From the NCBI GenBank assembly GCA_041736175.1, contig JBGSUI010000147.1, positions 1-64,000 of the forward strand: DNA of 64,000 nt, read 5' to 3'. The DNA is from Oligoflexales bacterium (GTDB lineage Bacteria; Bdellovibrionota_B; Oligoflexia; Oligoflexales; CAIYRB01). Positions 35,050 through 44,993 of the stretch are shown here, piece by piece. The first letter of the stretch is position 1. The number at the start of each line of letters is the position of its first letter. A model generated the notes under the pieces. That model worked only from the letters and a program-made list of their open reading frames with translations, was not told where the DNA came from and searched no databases. The position numbers and the translations under genes are program-made.

Positions 35050-36405
35050 TCAGCCTTTGATGAGACCCAACGAAGTGCCTTTTTTTGCTAGTGACATCCA
35101 CTGGGTATGCGTGCCCAGCTGAACTGGACTGCTAAGCCTTATCGTATTTCCTAAACCTAGTTGACCATAACTATTGGCCCCAAAAACCCACACGCTGCCA
35201 TCGGTTTTTATGGCAGCGCTGGTCGACACTAAAGCCGATACTTGCTGCCAGTTGCTCAAGCTGCCGATTTGCACCGGTGAGCTATAGGAAACCGTTGAAC
35301 CTACACCTAGCTGCCCATAATAGTTTTTACCGAAAGACCAGAGAGTGCCATCGACGCAAGTAGCCAAAACATGCGTCCCGCCAAACGAGACTTTTTTCCA
35401 ATGACTTAAACTACCGATTTGGGTGGGGCTACTACGTGCAATGGTGTCACCAGTCCCTAATTGCCCATAGAGATTTCGACCCATACCCCATAATGTCCCG
35501 TCGGTACGAATCCCATAAGTATTATTAGAATCGGCAGCTACGGCGGCCCAAGTGCTCAACGTACCGATCTGAGTGGGACTACTCCTTTCTATGGTATCCC
35601 CCTGACCAAGGCCGCCCCCGGAGTTGGCTCCCCAAGACCACAAGGTTTGATCTGCACGGATCGCACAACAGTGACCAACTCCTGCGGCAACCATGCTCCA
35701 AACCGATAAGTTTCCAACCTGAATAGGACTACTATAAGAAGTCATTGAGCCAATACCGAGTTGTCCATAAGAATTGCGGCCCCAGGTCCAAAGAGTTCCA
35801 TCGATCCTGGTGGCAATGGTATTATAGGACCATGGACCAGCGCCGCCGGGGGGGTTGTTGCCGATATCAAGAGTAGCCCACGTGCTGAGTGAACCAACCT
35901 GAACGGGGCTGCTTTGAGGGGTGGTATTCCCTAGACCCAGCCCTCCAAATTCATTCAATCCGCCAAACGCCCACAAAGTGCCGTCTTTGCGAATGCCCAA
36001 GCCATGCCGGGAACCTATAGCGACCTGACTCCAATTGGTCGCGGTACCGAGCTGTACCGGGCTACTGTAGTATTGGTTTAATCCGGTCTGCTTCGCAGAG
36101 TTATCACCGCACATATGTAATGTTCCAGCAGTGACCGTGGTGCTAGATTTAGATTTTTTCATAAACATCATCCTATTACCAAAAGCCAGTCCCTGATCCC
36201 CCTCCATAACTTCCCGCGTCATAAATGCCCCAAGGGCTATCTTTGGCAATGTGCCGATAAGTTTGCGGCGCGAGAGGGAATGAGGATCTTCGGGCTTATC
36301 AGCGGATGTTTGTGTGTGTGCGGGGGGGGCGATGAGAGAGGGGTCCTCTTTTGGGGTTGCTGGGACGATTTGCCATAAAAAGTTGCTTTTACCTTCATCA
36401 CTCAT
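35050..36405 (-). CDS. RCC1/BLIP-II repeat beta-propeller protein, possible Tat substrate
   Basis: About seven repeats of DGTLWxxGxNxYGQLGxGxT.xxSSPxQxGxLSxW. SRRKLI precedes a hydrophobic stretch. Confidence 0.88.
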   Translation of the reverse strand: MSDEGKSNFLWQIVPATPKEDPSLIAPPAHTQTSADKPEDPHSLSRRKLIGTLPKIALGAFMTREVMEGDQGLAFGNRMMFMKKSKSSTTVTAGTLHMCGDNSAKQTGLNQYYSSPVQLGTATNWSQVAIGSRHGLGIRKDGTLWAFGGLNEFGGLGLGNTTPQSSPVQVGSLSTWATLDIGNNPPGGAGPWSYNTIATRIDGTLWTWGRNSYGQLGIGSMTSYSSPIQVGNLSVWSMVAAGVGHCCAIRADQTLWSWGANSGGGLGQGDTIERSSPTQIGTLSTWAAVAADSNNTYGIRTDGTLWGMGRNLYGQLGTGDTIARSSPTQIGSLSHWKKVSFGGTHVLATCVDGTLWSFGKNYYGQLGVGSTVSYSSPVQIGSLSNWQQVSALVSTSAAIKTDGSVWVFGANSYGQLGLGNTIRLSSPVQLGTHTQWMSLAKKGTSLGLIKG

Positions 36406-36862
36406 AAAGATTCCCTAATTTTCATTGATTCAATTAAGATGTGGTGATAATTCAAGATATCAATCTGCCAATATATATGTCAAATGAGCAGCTGCTTATG
36501 CCCAGTTCTGTTCGTATCTTCTTCGTTTCAAGGAATGTCACGACATAAGAAAATGAACTACATGGTCGATCGCACAGAAAAGATTTTTGGTATAGAGTTT
36601 TATGAAAGACTGCTAATTGGTTCAGCGCTAACAGAATCAGAATTTTTAGCGATACCAAATGTCAATAATCAGGGATTGGATGTGTCCCAAAAAAAACGCC
36701 TTGATCAGTCTGCAATCGGGACCATCACCAGCTAGACCCCAAACCTCACACCATGGTACCACTAGGGGACGAGTTCTCCATCAAAGTGTCGAGCATCGGC
36801 TAGACAGCAGGATGGACGACCCTCACTTTAATAAAATTGTGTATCATTGTGGGTAGTTAAGT

Positions 36863-37579
36863 ATGAGTGAACGGGCCGCAGGCCGCATCCATCAGGGGAC
36901 CCTGGTTTATTCCATGTTCCACACAGTCCTGTTCCCACCAGACGGCACGGGACTGCCGTCTGAAGACATGGAAAATCTCACCCTGCGGCGGGTAAAACGC
37001 TTTGTTCCGACAGGAGACACCCACCTCTACAATGTCCCCATCGTGGTGGTCGACGTCGAGACCACAGGACTTGATCCTAAAGCCGACCAAATCATCGAGA
37101 TCGGTGCCATAAAAATGATCGGTTTCGAGCAAATCGATCAGTTTGACTCGCTGATCGCGAGTTCCATAGAGCTGACCGATGATATCGTAAGGCTTACCGG
37201 GATCACGCCCCAAATGCTGAAGGGCCAACCATCGGTTGCAGAAGTTTTGAGAAAATTTCTTAAGTTTATCGAAGGCTCGATTCTGGTCGCCCACAATGCG
37301 GACTTTGATATGTCGATGATAAAGGCCGCCTGTTCCCAAATGGGAATCGATTTAGAATGGCCGATCATCTGTACACTCAAATTAGCAAGGGAGCTTTTGC
37401 CTGATCTAGAAAACAAAAAACTAGATACCTTAGCCCGACATTATGATCTTAAATTCGAAGAGAGACACCGCGCCATTGGCGACATCAAGGTGACCTGTGG
37501 GGTCTTCCAGCAAATGTTGGCCCACGAAGCCGAAGACCTTACCCATTGGCAGCATTTTAAACCCTTTATCATCGAATAA
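36863..37579 (+). CDS. DEDDh 3'-5' exonuclease (DnaQ/PolC-type)
   Basis: VVDVETTG, VAHNADFD, CTLKLAR, HRAIGD. Confidence 0.92.
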   Translation: MSERAAGRIHQGTLVYSMFHTVLFPPDGTGLPSEDMENLTLRRVKRFVPTGDTHLYNVPIVVVDVETTGLDPKADQIIEIGAIKMIGFEQIDQFDSLIASSIELTDDIVRLTGITPQMLKGQPSVAEVLRKFLKFIEGSILVAHNADFDMSMIKAACSQMGIDLEWPIICTLKLARELLPDLENKKLDTLARHYDLKFEERHRAIGDIKVTCGVFQQMLAHEAEDLTHWQHFKPFIIE

Positions 37580-37585
37580 AAAACT

Positions 37586-39190
37586 ATGATGCTCAAATCT
37601 TTGATCAAGACCCAGAGTCCAGAATTTCAACAAAACTATGGGCACCACCTCAAACTAGCGGAAGACCTCGCCCAACGCCTCCGTTATAACCGCGAAGGTG
37701 GTGGAGCCAAGTCCCAAGAATACCAAAAATCTCTCGGTAAATCCTCTGCCCGCGAGCGGGTGAGCCAGCTCCTAGACCCCGATACCCATCTTCTCGAAAT
37801 CGCTCCCCTTGCTGGCGATGGACTCTACGAAGATCAAGTCCCCGGAGCCGGGCTCGTCACCGGGATAGGGCAGGTGGAGGGGCGCACTTGCATGATCGTC
37901 GCCAATGATGCCACCGTTAAAGGCGGCACCTACTATCCTATCACCGTCAAAAAACACCTGAGAGCCCAAGAGATCGCCCTTCAAAACAGACTTCCATGCA
38001 TATATCTTGTGGATTCTGGCGGGGCTTTTTTGCCGATGCAAGACGAGGTTTTTCCGGACAAAGACGACTTTGGCCGGATTTTCTTTAACCAGGCTCGTAT
38101 GAGTGCCTTGGGAATCCCCCAGCTCTCATCAGTCCATGGCTTTTGCACCGCGGGCGGGGCCTATATCCCGGCAATGTCCGACCAGAGCATTATCGTCAGA
38201 GGGACGGGGACGATCTTTTTGGCTGGCCCCCCTCTCGTTAAGGCGGCCACCGGCGAAGACGTGACCGCCGAAGAGCTGGGGGGAGCCCAGGTTCACACCG
38301 CCAAAAGCGGGGTTGCTGATCACCTCGCCGAAAACGATCTCCACGCCATGGAGATTATGCGAGATATCGTAGCCCACCTCCGCGCTCCCGAGAGCTGTGG
38401 TATCACATTGTCCAAGCCCCAAGAACCAGCTTACGATCCCGACGAACTCCTCGGGGTCATCCCCCAAGACCCGAAAAAGTTTTACGATAGCCGCGAGGTG
38501 ATAACCCGGCTAGTGGATCAGTCGGAGTTTTTTGAATTTAAGAAAAACTTTGCCACCACACTCGTTACAGGATTTGCCCATATCCAGGGAATCCCTGTAG
38601 GGATCATCGCCAATAACGGCGTCTTATTTTCGGAAAGCGCTTTAAAGGCCACCCATTTTATCGAAGTCTGCTGCCAAGAAAACATCCCTCTCTTGTTCCT
38701 ACAAAACATTACTGGATTTATCGTTGGCCGTCAGTACGAGCATCAAGGGATCGCTAAGGATGGAGCCAAGATGGTTCACGCAGTGGCTAATGCCCGGGTT
38801 CCAAAGATCACCCTCGTGATCGGCGGAAGCTATGGAGCAGGAAACTACGGCATGTGTGGGCGAGCCTTTGACCCAAGTTTTCTCTATATGTGGCCCCACG
38901 CCAAGATCGGTGTCATGGGCGGGGAGCAAGCTGCTCAAGTCTTAGTGACGGTAAAAGAGCAGCAACTCGCTAAACAAGGACGCTCCCTCTCGGACTCTGA
39001 GATCAGAGATTTACGGTCACCTATCCTCGCCAAATACGAAAGAGAAAGCTCCTGCTACTACTCTAGTGCGCGGCTTTGGGACGATGGGGTGATCGATCCG
39101 CGCCATACCAGGACTCTTTTGGCCAGGTCTCTTGCGGCCACTCTTCACCACACTTGGACACGGACCCAATTTGGGGTCTTTAGAATGTAA
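37586..39190 (+). CDS. liuB: 3-methylcrotonyl-CoA carboxylase beta subunit
   Basis: [50 protein letters not shown]-terminal FGVFRM. Confidence 0.9.
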   Translation: MMLKSLIKTQSPEFQQNYGHHLKLAEDLAQRLRYNREGGGAKSQEYQKSLGKSSARERVSQLLDPDTHLLEIAPLAGDGLYEDQVPGAGLVTGIGQVEGRTCMIVANDATVKGGTYYPITVKKHLRAQEIALQNRLPCIYLVDSGGAFLPMQDEVFPDKDDFGRIFFNQARMSALGIPQLSSVHGFCTAGGAYIPAMSDQSIIVRGTGTIFLAGPPLVKAATGEDVTAEELGGAQVHTAKSGVADHLAENDLHAMEIMRDIVAHLRAPESCGITLSKPQEPAYDPDELLGVIPQDPKKFYDSREVITRLVDQSEFFEFKKNFATTLVTGFAHIQGIPVGIIANNGVLFSESALKATHFIEVCCQENIPLLFLQNITGFIVGRQYEHQGIAKDGAKMVHAVANARVPKITLVIGGSYGAGNYGMCGRAFDPSFLYMWPHAKIGVMGGEQAAQVLVTVKEQQLAKQGRSLSDSEIRDLRSPILAKYERESSCYYSSARLWDDGVIDPRHTRTLLARSLAATLHHTWTRTQFGVFRM

Positions 39191-39218
39191 ACCGGCTTTC
39201 ACCCCTTGAGGTATCAAA

Positions 39219-41078
39219 ATGGCCAAGAAAACCGTGATCACCATAGGCAATGCGAGCGGTTATTGGGGCGACGACCCTGATGCTCTAGGACGCCAAGTCT
39301 TTGGCCCAAAACCTCTCGACTATATCACCATGGATTTCCTCGCCGAAATCACCATGTCGATCATGCAAAAACAGCGAAGCCGAGACCCCTCGGCAGGATA
39401 CGCCCGGGATTTTATCCCGATGTTAGAGCCAGTCCTTAAAAAAATGCTCAACGATGGCACCAAGCTGATCACCAATGCAGGAGGAATCAACCCCGAGGCC
39501 TGTGCCGTAGCGGTGCAAAACCTTGCCAGCAAGCTGGGCCTAAAACCAAAGATCGCCGTTGTTTTCGGGGATGATATTCTCAAAGATCTCCCCTCTTTGA
39601 TCGATAAGGGTGTCGATTTTAAAAACATGGAATCAGGCCGTGCCCTGGGCTCCCTTAAAGACCAAATGCTTGCAGCGAACGTATACTTTGGAGCGCTTCC
39701 TGTGGCCAAGGCCCTCGAGAAGTGGAATCCAGATATCGTGATTACAGGTCGCGTCACGGATACGGGAATCACCCTCGCCGCTATGATCCACGAGTTTGGT
39801 TGGAGCCTTTCTGACTATGACAAGTTAGCCAGTGGCATCGTTGCGGGACATCTGATCGAATGCGGCAGTCAGGCCACGGGCGGCAATTTCACCGATTGGC
39901 AAAAAGTCCCTAGCTATCACCGGATCGGCTACCCCATCGTCGAGGTGAGAGAGACTGGTGATTTTACCCTTACAAAACATGAAGGAACTGGAGGGCTGGT
40001 CTGTGTCGACACGGTGCGGGAACAGCTCGTCTATGAGATGGGAGATCCCAAGGCCTATATCACACCCGATGTGGTGGCTGATTTCTCCAGCGTCCAGCTC
40101 AGCAGTGATGGGCCTGATCGGGTCAAAGTCTTTGGAGTCAAGGGATCGCCGGCGACACCCTATTTTAAAGTCTCTATGGCCTACCAGGATGGCTTTAAAT
40201 GCGTGGGAGAAATCGCCATCTGTGGACCCGCAGCTAAGGCTAAGGCCGCACAGTTTGCAGAGATTTTTTGGCACCGCTCGGGCCGGCAATTCACCCAGAC
40301 CGATACCGAGTATTTTGGGCTGAATGCCTGCCACAAAGGCTTAGGTCAAACGGAAGAAGCCCATGAAATCATCCTGCGCCTTGGCGCCCAGGACCACGAC
40401 GAAAAGAAACTAAAAAAATTCTCTAAACTCATCCCCAGTTTGATCCTAGGAGGGCCCGCTGGCGTGGCTGTCCTCGGCGGGAGTCCAAGGGTGCAGAGTA
40501 TCGTCAGCTATTGGCCTGCCTTGATGCCAAAATCTGCGGTGACTCCTAAAATCGCTTTTTTGGAGGGAGAGCGTTTAGGACCCTCCATGGATATTCCGCA
40601 GCCCACCCTAGAAACCTTAAATCCCCCGTCTACAGTCAATCCCGACTACGCCAAAATCCCCTCCATGTCCCTTGAACGGGCACTCCAGTCCGCGCCGTCC
40701 CATATCTCCCTTAAAGGCAAAGACCAGTGGGCTCCACTGTCAACCATCTGCCTCGCCCGCAGTGGCGACAAAGGTGATAGTGCTAATATCGGACTCCTTG
40801 CCCGCAGTCCGGAGGCCTACGAGTTTATTTTAGAACACCTCACGGCGCAAAAAGTCAAAGATCTGTTCCAAGAGTTTTGTTTAGGATCGGTCATTCGGTA
40901 TCCTATACCGAAAATACTTGGTATCAATTTTATCCTGGAAAACGCCTTAGGGGGCGGCGGCACGGTCACCTTGCGCGCTGATGCCCAAGGCAAGACTTTG
41001 GCCCAAGCACTCCTACGGACTCACTTTTTGATTCCATCATCCCTCCTGGATCACTCAGGAGATCGCTACAGAAGATGA
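39219..41078 (+). CDS. Acyclic terpene utilization AtuA-family protein (DUF1446)
   Basis: IGNASGYWGD, DFLAEITMSI, NAGGINP, GHLIECG.QATGGN, ARSGDKGD, D.QGK. Confidence 0.9.
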   Translation: MAKKTVITIGNASGYWGDDPDALGRQVFGPKPLDYITMDFLAEITMSIMQKQRSRDPSAGYARDFIPMLEPVLKKMLNDGTKLITNAGGINPEACAVAVQNLASKLGLKPKIAVVFGDDILKDLPSLIDKGVDFKNMESGRALGSLKDQMLAANVYFGALPVAKALEKWNPDIVITGRVTDTGITLAAMIHEFGWSLSDYDKLASGIVAGHLIECGSQATGGNFTDWQKVPSYHRIGYPIVEVRETGDFTLTKHEGTGGLVCVDTVREQLVYEMGDPKAYITPDVVADFSSVQLSSDGPDRVKVFGVKGSPATPYFKVSMAYQDGFKCVGEIAICGPAAKAKAAQFAEIFWHRSGRQFTQTDTEYFGLNACHKGLGQTEEAHEIILRLGAQDHDEKKLKKFSKLIPSLILGGPAGVAVLGGSPRVQSIVSYWPALMPKSAVTPKIAFLEGERLGPSMDIPQPTLETLNPPSTVNPDYAKIPSMSLERALQSAPSHISLKGKDQWAPLSTICLARSGDKGDSANIGLLARSPEAYEFILEHLTAQKVKDLFQEFCLGSVIRYPIPKILGINFILENALGGGGTVTLRADAQGKTLAQALLRTHFLIPSSLLDHSGDRYRR

Positions 41079-41938
41079 CAAAACACTCCACCGAAAGTCC
41101 GAAGCCAGCCGCCACCTTAAGCTGGCAAGAGTTTAAAACTATGGACCAGCAGCGGGGCGGTGATAAGGCTTCCGTAGCTCATCTGACCTTAAGCCGACCC
41201 CACAAAGCAAATGCCTTTGACAAGGAGATGATGTGCACCCTGATCGACCTCTTAGACCAAGTCAGCCGCGAACCCTCGGCGCGTCTCCTAGTGGTCAGGG
41301 CCGAAGGAGAGCATTTCTCTGCCGGAGCCGACCTTAGCTGGATGAAGTCCAGCGCACAGCTTAGCTACGCAGAAAATATCGAAGACGCGTCTCTATTAGA
41401 CAAGCTTTTTCGCAATCTCAAAACCCTACCCATTCCGACCCTTGGAATCGTCCAGGGTAGCGTCTTTGGGGGTGGAGTAGGTCTTGTGGCCTGTCTCGAT
41501 ACTGTGATCGCGCTCCAAGGGAGCCGTTGGGCTCTCAGCGAAGTCAAACTAGGGCTCGCTCCTGCGGTGATTATGCCTTACCTTTTTTACAAAATGCGAC
41601 CCGGATCTCTTCGGACCTATGCTCTGACAGGCCAAATCTTTACCGCCAACGAAGCCCTCGAGTCAGGTCTTGTGACCCATGTGGCCACCCCCCAGGACGG
41701 AGAAAGCCTGGTTCAAACACTGGGGGATTCATTGTTAAATGGCTCACCCCAGGCCCAGAGGGAGATCAAACATTATCTCAACCAAATGGAATTTAGTGGG
41801 ATTTCTGGTGCCCCGGATCTAGGGATTCAACTCATAGCCCGGCTACGCACATCCCCCGAAGGCCAGGCGGGGCTCCTAGCTTTTTTTAATAAAGCTCCGC
41901 CCCCCTGGAAAATCGATATTCACCCGTCGTCGACTTAA
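41075..41938 (+). CDS. liuC: Enoyl-CoA hydratase (methylglutaconyl-CoA hydratase-like)
   Basis: FSAGADLSWM, FGGGVGLVAC, SEVKLGLAPAVI. Lies between the carboxylase subunits. Confidence 0.8.
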   Translation: MTKHSTESPKPAATLSWQEFKTMDQQRGGDKASVAHLTLSRPHKANAFDKEMMCTLIDLLDQVSREPSARLLVVRAEGEHFSAGADLSWMKSSAQLSYAENIEDASLLDKLFRNLKTLPIPTLGIVQGSVFGGGVGLVACLDTVIALQGSRWALSEVKLGLAPAVIMPYLFYKMRPGSLRTYALTGQIFTANEALESGLVTHVATPQDGESLVQTLGDSLLNGSPQAQREIKHYLNQMEFSGISGAPDLGIQLIARLRTSPEGQAGLLAFFNKAPPPWKIDIHPSST

Positions 41939-41951
41939 GGGAGCTTTTCAT

Positions 41952-44039
41952 TTGAAAAGGTTGTTTATTGCAAACCGTGGAGAGATTGCGAGGCGTATCG
42001 CCCAAACAGCCCGACGGATGGGGCTCGAAGTGGTTGTCGTCACAGACCGCCTTTATCCTCCAGAGTTTTTGTTGGACCTTGCCAGCGATTTTGTCAAAGT
42101 TGATATGGAATCCCCTAGCCTCTATCTAAACCCACAACTGATGGTCAAGCTTGCACTCGAGTCGGGGTGCGACAGCCTTCACCCTGGATTTGGATTCCTC
42201 TCCGAAAATAGCGCCTTTGCGGCGATGGTTCAGAGGGCAGACATGACCTGGGTAGGTCCAAGCCCCGAAGCCATCAGCTCTATGGCCAGCAAGGAAACCG
42301 CCCGCAACCGAGCCGTCCAGATCGGGGTCCCTATCGTCCCAGGACTCGCCGGCTTTTCGGTCGGATCGGGAGAGGCCGCGGACCAAAAAAATCTGAAAAT
42401 CCTTGAGGATTTTGCCCGCAAAACCGGGTTTCCCCTACTCCTTAAAGCGGCCCTCGGCGGAGGGGGCAAAGGAATGCGCCGGGTCAACCATATGGAGGAG
42501 CTTTTCCCCGCTGCCCAGCGTGCCTCCTCCGAGGCCCTATCGTCCTTTGGCGACGGCACCCTTATCTGTGAGCGCTATATCGAAACACCTCGCCATGTGG
42601 AGGTCCAAGTCCTTGGCGACCACCATGGACAGGTCATCACCATCGGTGATCGAGACTGCTCCCTCCAAAGGCGCCACCAAAAAATCATCGAAGAGGCACC
42701 CGCTCCCGACTTAAATCCTGCCACCAGAGCCAAACTCCACCAGGCTGCCGTGGCCCTGGCAAAATCCGTCCAGTACTACAATGCGGGAACCATCGAATTT
42801 CTTGTGGACTGGTCCCATGAGTCGCAACGACAAGCCGTGACGCCTTTTTATTTTCTCGAAATGAATACCCGACTTCAGGTGGAGCATCCCGTCACCGAAG
42901 AAGTCTACGGCCTCGATCTGGTGGAGTGGCAGATCCGAGTGGCCCGTGGCGAAAAACTAGCTCCAGATCTCTTTGAGAGAACCCCGCGAGGTCACAGCAT
43001 CGAAGTCAGAATCTATGCCGAAGATCCTTCCCAAAACTATATGCCAGCTCCGGGGATTCTCGCCCATTTTACTCCAGCGTCAGGACGGGGGGTCCGCTGG
43101 GAGCTAGGTCTTGACTCCACCGATGGAATCACGGGGCATTTCGATCCGATGATCGCCAAGTTGATCACTACGGCAGCCAGTAGACAAGGCGCACTAAGAC
43201 TGTGCGACGAAGCTCTCAGACAAACTTTTCTCGCTGGCCCCGCTAACAATACGGCCTTCTTAAGGACTTTGCTGGCGGCATCGGCCTTTAGGGACGGCCC
43301 GCAGTCTACGGGCTTTCTAGGGAACTCCCTCGACACCCTTCTTAAGACCACCTTCCAGCGGGCGGACAAGGTGCGCCCCCAGGGGGAACTTATCTTATCC
43401 CTTCTCCCTGGCGCCCTAAGGAACCAACAACAGTTTACTGGGGGGAGCAACAGATTTCCTGGAGCGCCAGACCCCTTAAGCCCTAGAGCCCTGACTTCCC
43501 GTCTCTTTGGGGCTTCAGGAGTATCGGCTCCTGAAACTTCTGGAAAAACTCCTCAAATCGTCATCTGTACCAACTCCCAAAAAATCTACCGCCAGGACCT
43601 CCAAACCTACACCGTGCAATTTGGATCAGGGCAATTTCGAGACAACCCCATCCTCCCTAGTGGCAAGCCGCTTGCCTTCTGGTATGCTTCTTTGAGTGAT
43701 ACCCAAACTCATCGTTATTGGGTCCAGATAGACGGGGAGAACTTTACAACCGAACAGCAGGTTCGAAAGCGTAGCTCAACCCATGCGGTCGCATCAAATC
43801 TGAGTGATTGCGAGATTCAGGCACCTGTACCAGGAAAAATCGTGAGTCTTTCTGTAGTAGAAAACCAAAAAATCGAAGCTGGGGCTGTCATCGCAGTCCT
43901 AGAATCCATGAAGATGGAATTCGAAATCAAAGCACCCCAAGACCTTGTAATCCAAAAAATCAACGCCAAACCTGGCGATCAAGTGAGTTCAGGGCAAAAC
44001 TTTATCGAGTTTTTGCCTTGGACTGACAAGAAAGGGTAA
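41952..44039 (+). CDS. liuD: Acyl-CoA carboxylase alpha subunit (biotin carboxylase + biotin carrier)
   Basis: IANRGEIA, GGGGKGMR, RDCSLQRRHQK, FLEMNTRLQVEH, C-terminal ESMKME. Confidence 0.85.
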   Translation: MKRLFIANRGEIARRIAQTARRMGLEVVVVTDRLYPPEFLLDLASDFVKVDMESPSLYLNPQLMVKLALESGCDSLHPGFGFLSENSAFAAMVQRADMTWVGPSPEAISSMASKETARNRAVQIGVPIVPGLAGFSVGSGEAADQKNLKILEDFARKTGFPLLLKAALGGGGKGMRRVNHMEELFPAAQRASSEALSSFGDGTLICERYIETPRHVEVQVLGDHHGQVITIGDRDCSLQRRHQKIIEEAPAPDLNPATRAKLHQAAVALAKSVQYYNAGTIEFLVDWSHESQRQAVTPFYFLEMNTRLQVEHPVTEEVYGLDLVEWQIRVARGEKLAPDLFERTPRGHSIEVRIYAEDPSQNYMPAPGILAHFTPASGRGVRWELGLDSTDGITGHFDPMIAKLITTAASRQGALRLCDEALRQTFLAGPANNTAFLRTLLAASAFRDGPQSTGFLGNSLDTLLKTTFQRADKVRPQGELILSLLPGALRNQQQFTGGSNRFPGAPDPLSPRALTSRLFGASGVSAPETSGKTPQIVICTNSQKIYRQDLQTYTVQFGSGQFRDNPILPSGKPLAFWYASLSDTQTHRYWVQIDGENFTTEQQVRKRSSTHAVASNLSDCEIQAPVPGKIVSLSVVENQKIEAGAVIAVLESMKMEFEIKAPQDLVIQKINAKPGDQVSSGQNFIEFLPWTDKKG

Positions 44040-44045
44040 TCTGCC

Positions 44046-44978
44046 ATGCCCACGGGTCATTCCTTTAAACGATTTGCCAAAGAATCTGGATTTAAGGTCC
44101 TGGCCCTCGCTCGCCTTAGCCAGGGTGAGTATAGCATTATGCTTTACCTCATCAATTGCGCTGCCTCAGGCTTAGACGAGCTGATCACCACCGAGCAAGA
44201 GCTTGGCTCCTTGATTGGCTACGACGAAGTCACACTTCAAAAGGCTCTGGGAGAATTAGCCGGCAAAAACCTTATCCGGCTCCACTACCACGAAACCGCC
44301 CATGCCAACGACCTTACGTCCATGCGACTTGCGATCCAATACGATCTCTCCAAATGGATCCTTAACTACGATGTGGAGGCCACCTCTCGGGATGCCATTG
44401 TCTTTCCATTTCGGCGGGCGGGAAAAGCAAGCTTTCAGGTGGTGGAAGGCCAAAAAAAATCAAAGAAAAAAGCAGATTCGGATGGGTCTACATGGCAGCG
44501 GGTTTTGGAGTCCTTTCTCCACGGACAGTCGGTAGAAGGGGAGGAATTGGAATCAGCCGAAGAAAATGCCAAAATCCTAGTGGATACCCACCCCGTGGAC
44601 CAGGTTCTTTTGATGCTACGGCACTTTGGTCTGAGAATTCCAACACTCTCACTTTTGGCGAGTAGCTGGCAGCACTATCAGGAGCTCTTTGAGACGGAGA
44701 CCATGAAGGTCGACATGCTTGGTGCCAGACAAAAACACCAGGAGCTTGACCAAAAAATAAGAGACCAGGCCAAAAGCCATCTAGAGGACACCAAAATCGA
44801 ATGGAGCGAAGAAGAAAGGACTGTCCTACAGATTATCATTCGACACCAACATCCCAGGCGGCAGCTTTTTTGGGCCTACCAGCTTCGCAGCCGTTATCCC
44901 CAACTCAGTCAGTTTTTTGTCGATAACGCCAGTTTGATGCTATCAGTCACGACCGGTGGCTCAGTGGTCAAGAAATAG
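44046..44978 (+). CDS. Hypothetical protein with N-terminal winged-helix-like domain
   Basis: LSQGEYSIMLYL...TEQELGSLIGYDEVTLQKALGELAGKNLI resembles a wHTH. Confidence 0.65.
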   Translation: MPTGHSFKRFAKESGFKVLALARLSQGEYSIMLYLINCAASGLDELITTEQELGSLIGYDEVTLQKALGELAGKNLIRLHYHETAHANDLTSMRLAIQYDLSKWILNYDVEATSRDAIVFPFRRAGKASFQVVEGQKKSKKKADSDGSTWQRVLESFLHGQSVEGEELESAEENAKILVDTHPVDQVLLMLRHFGLRIPTLSLLASSWQHYQELFETETMKVDMLGARQKHQELDQKIRDQAKSHLEDTKIEWSEEERTVLQIIIRHQHPRRQLFWAYQLRSRYPQLSQFFVDNASLMLSVTTGGSVVKK

Positions 44979-44993
44979 TAACTTACTATCTAT

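Noticed and set aside
36452..36856. Small overlapping ORFs upstream of the exonuclease
   Set aside because: No recognisable motifs or convincing SD. They may be gene debris but cannot be supported.
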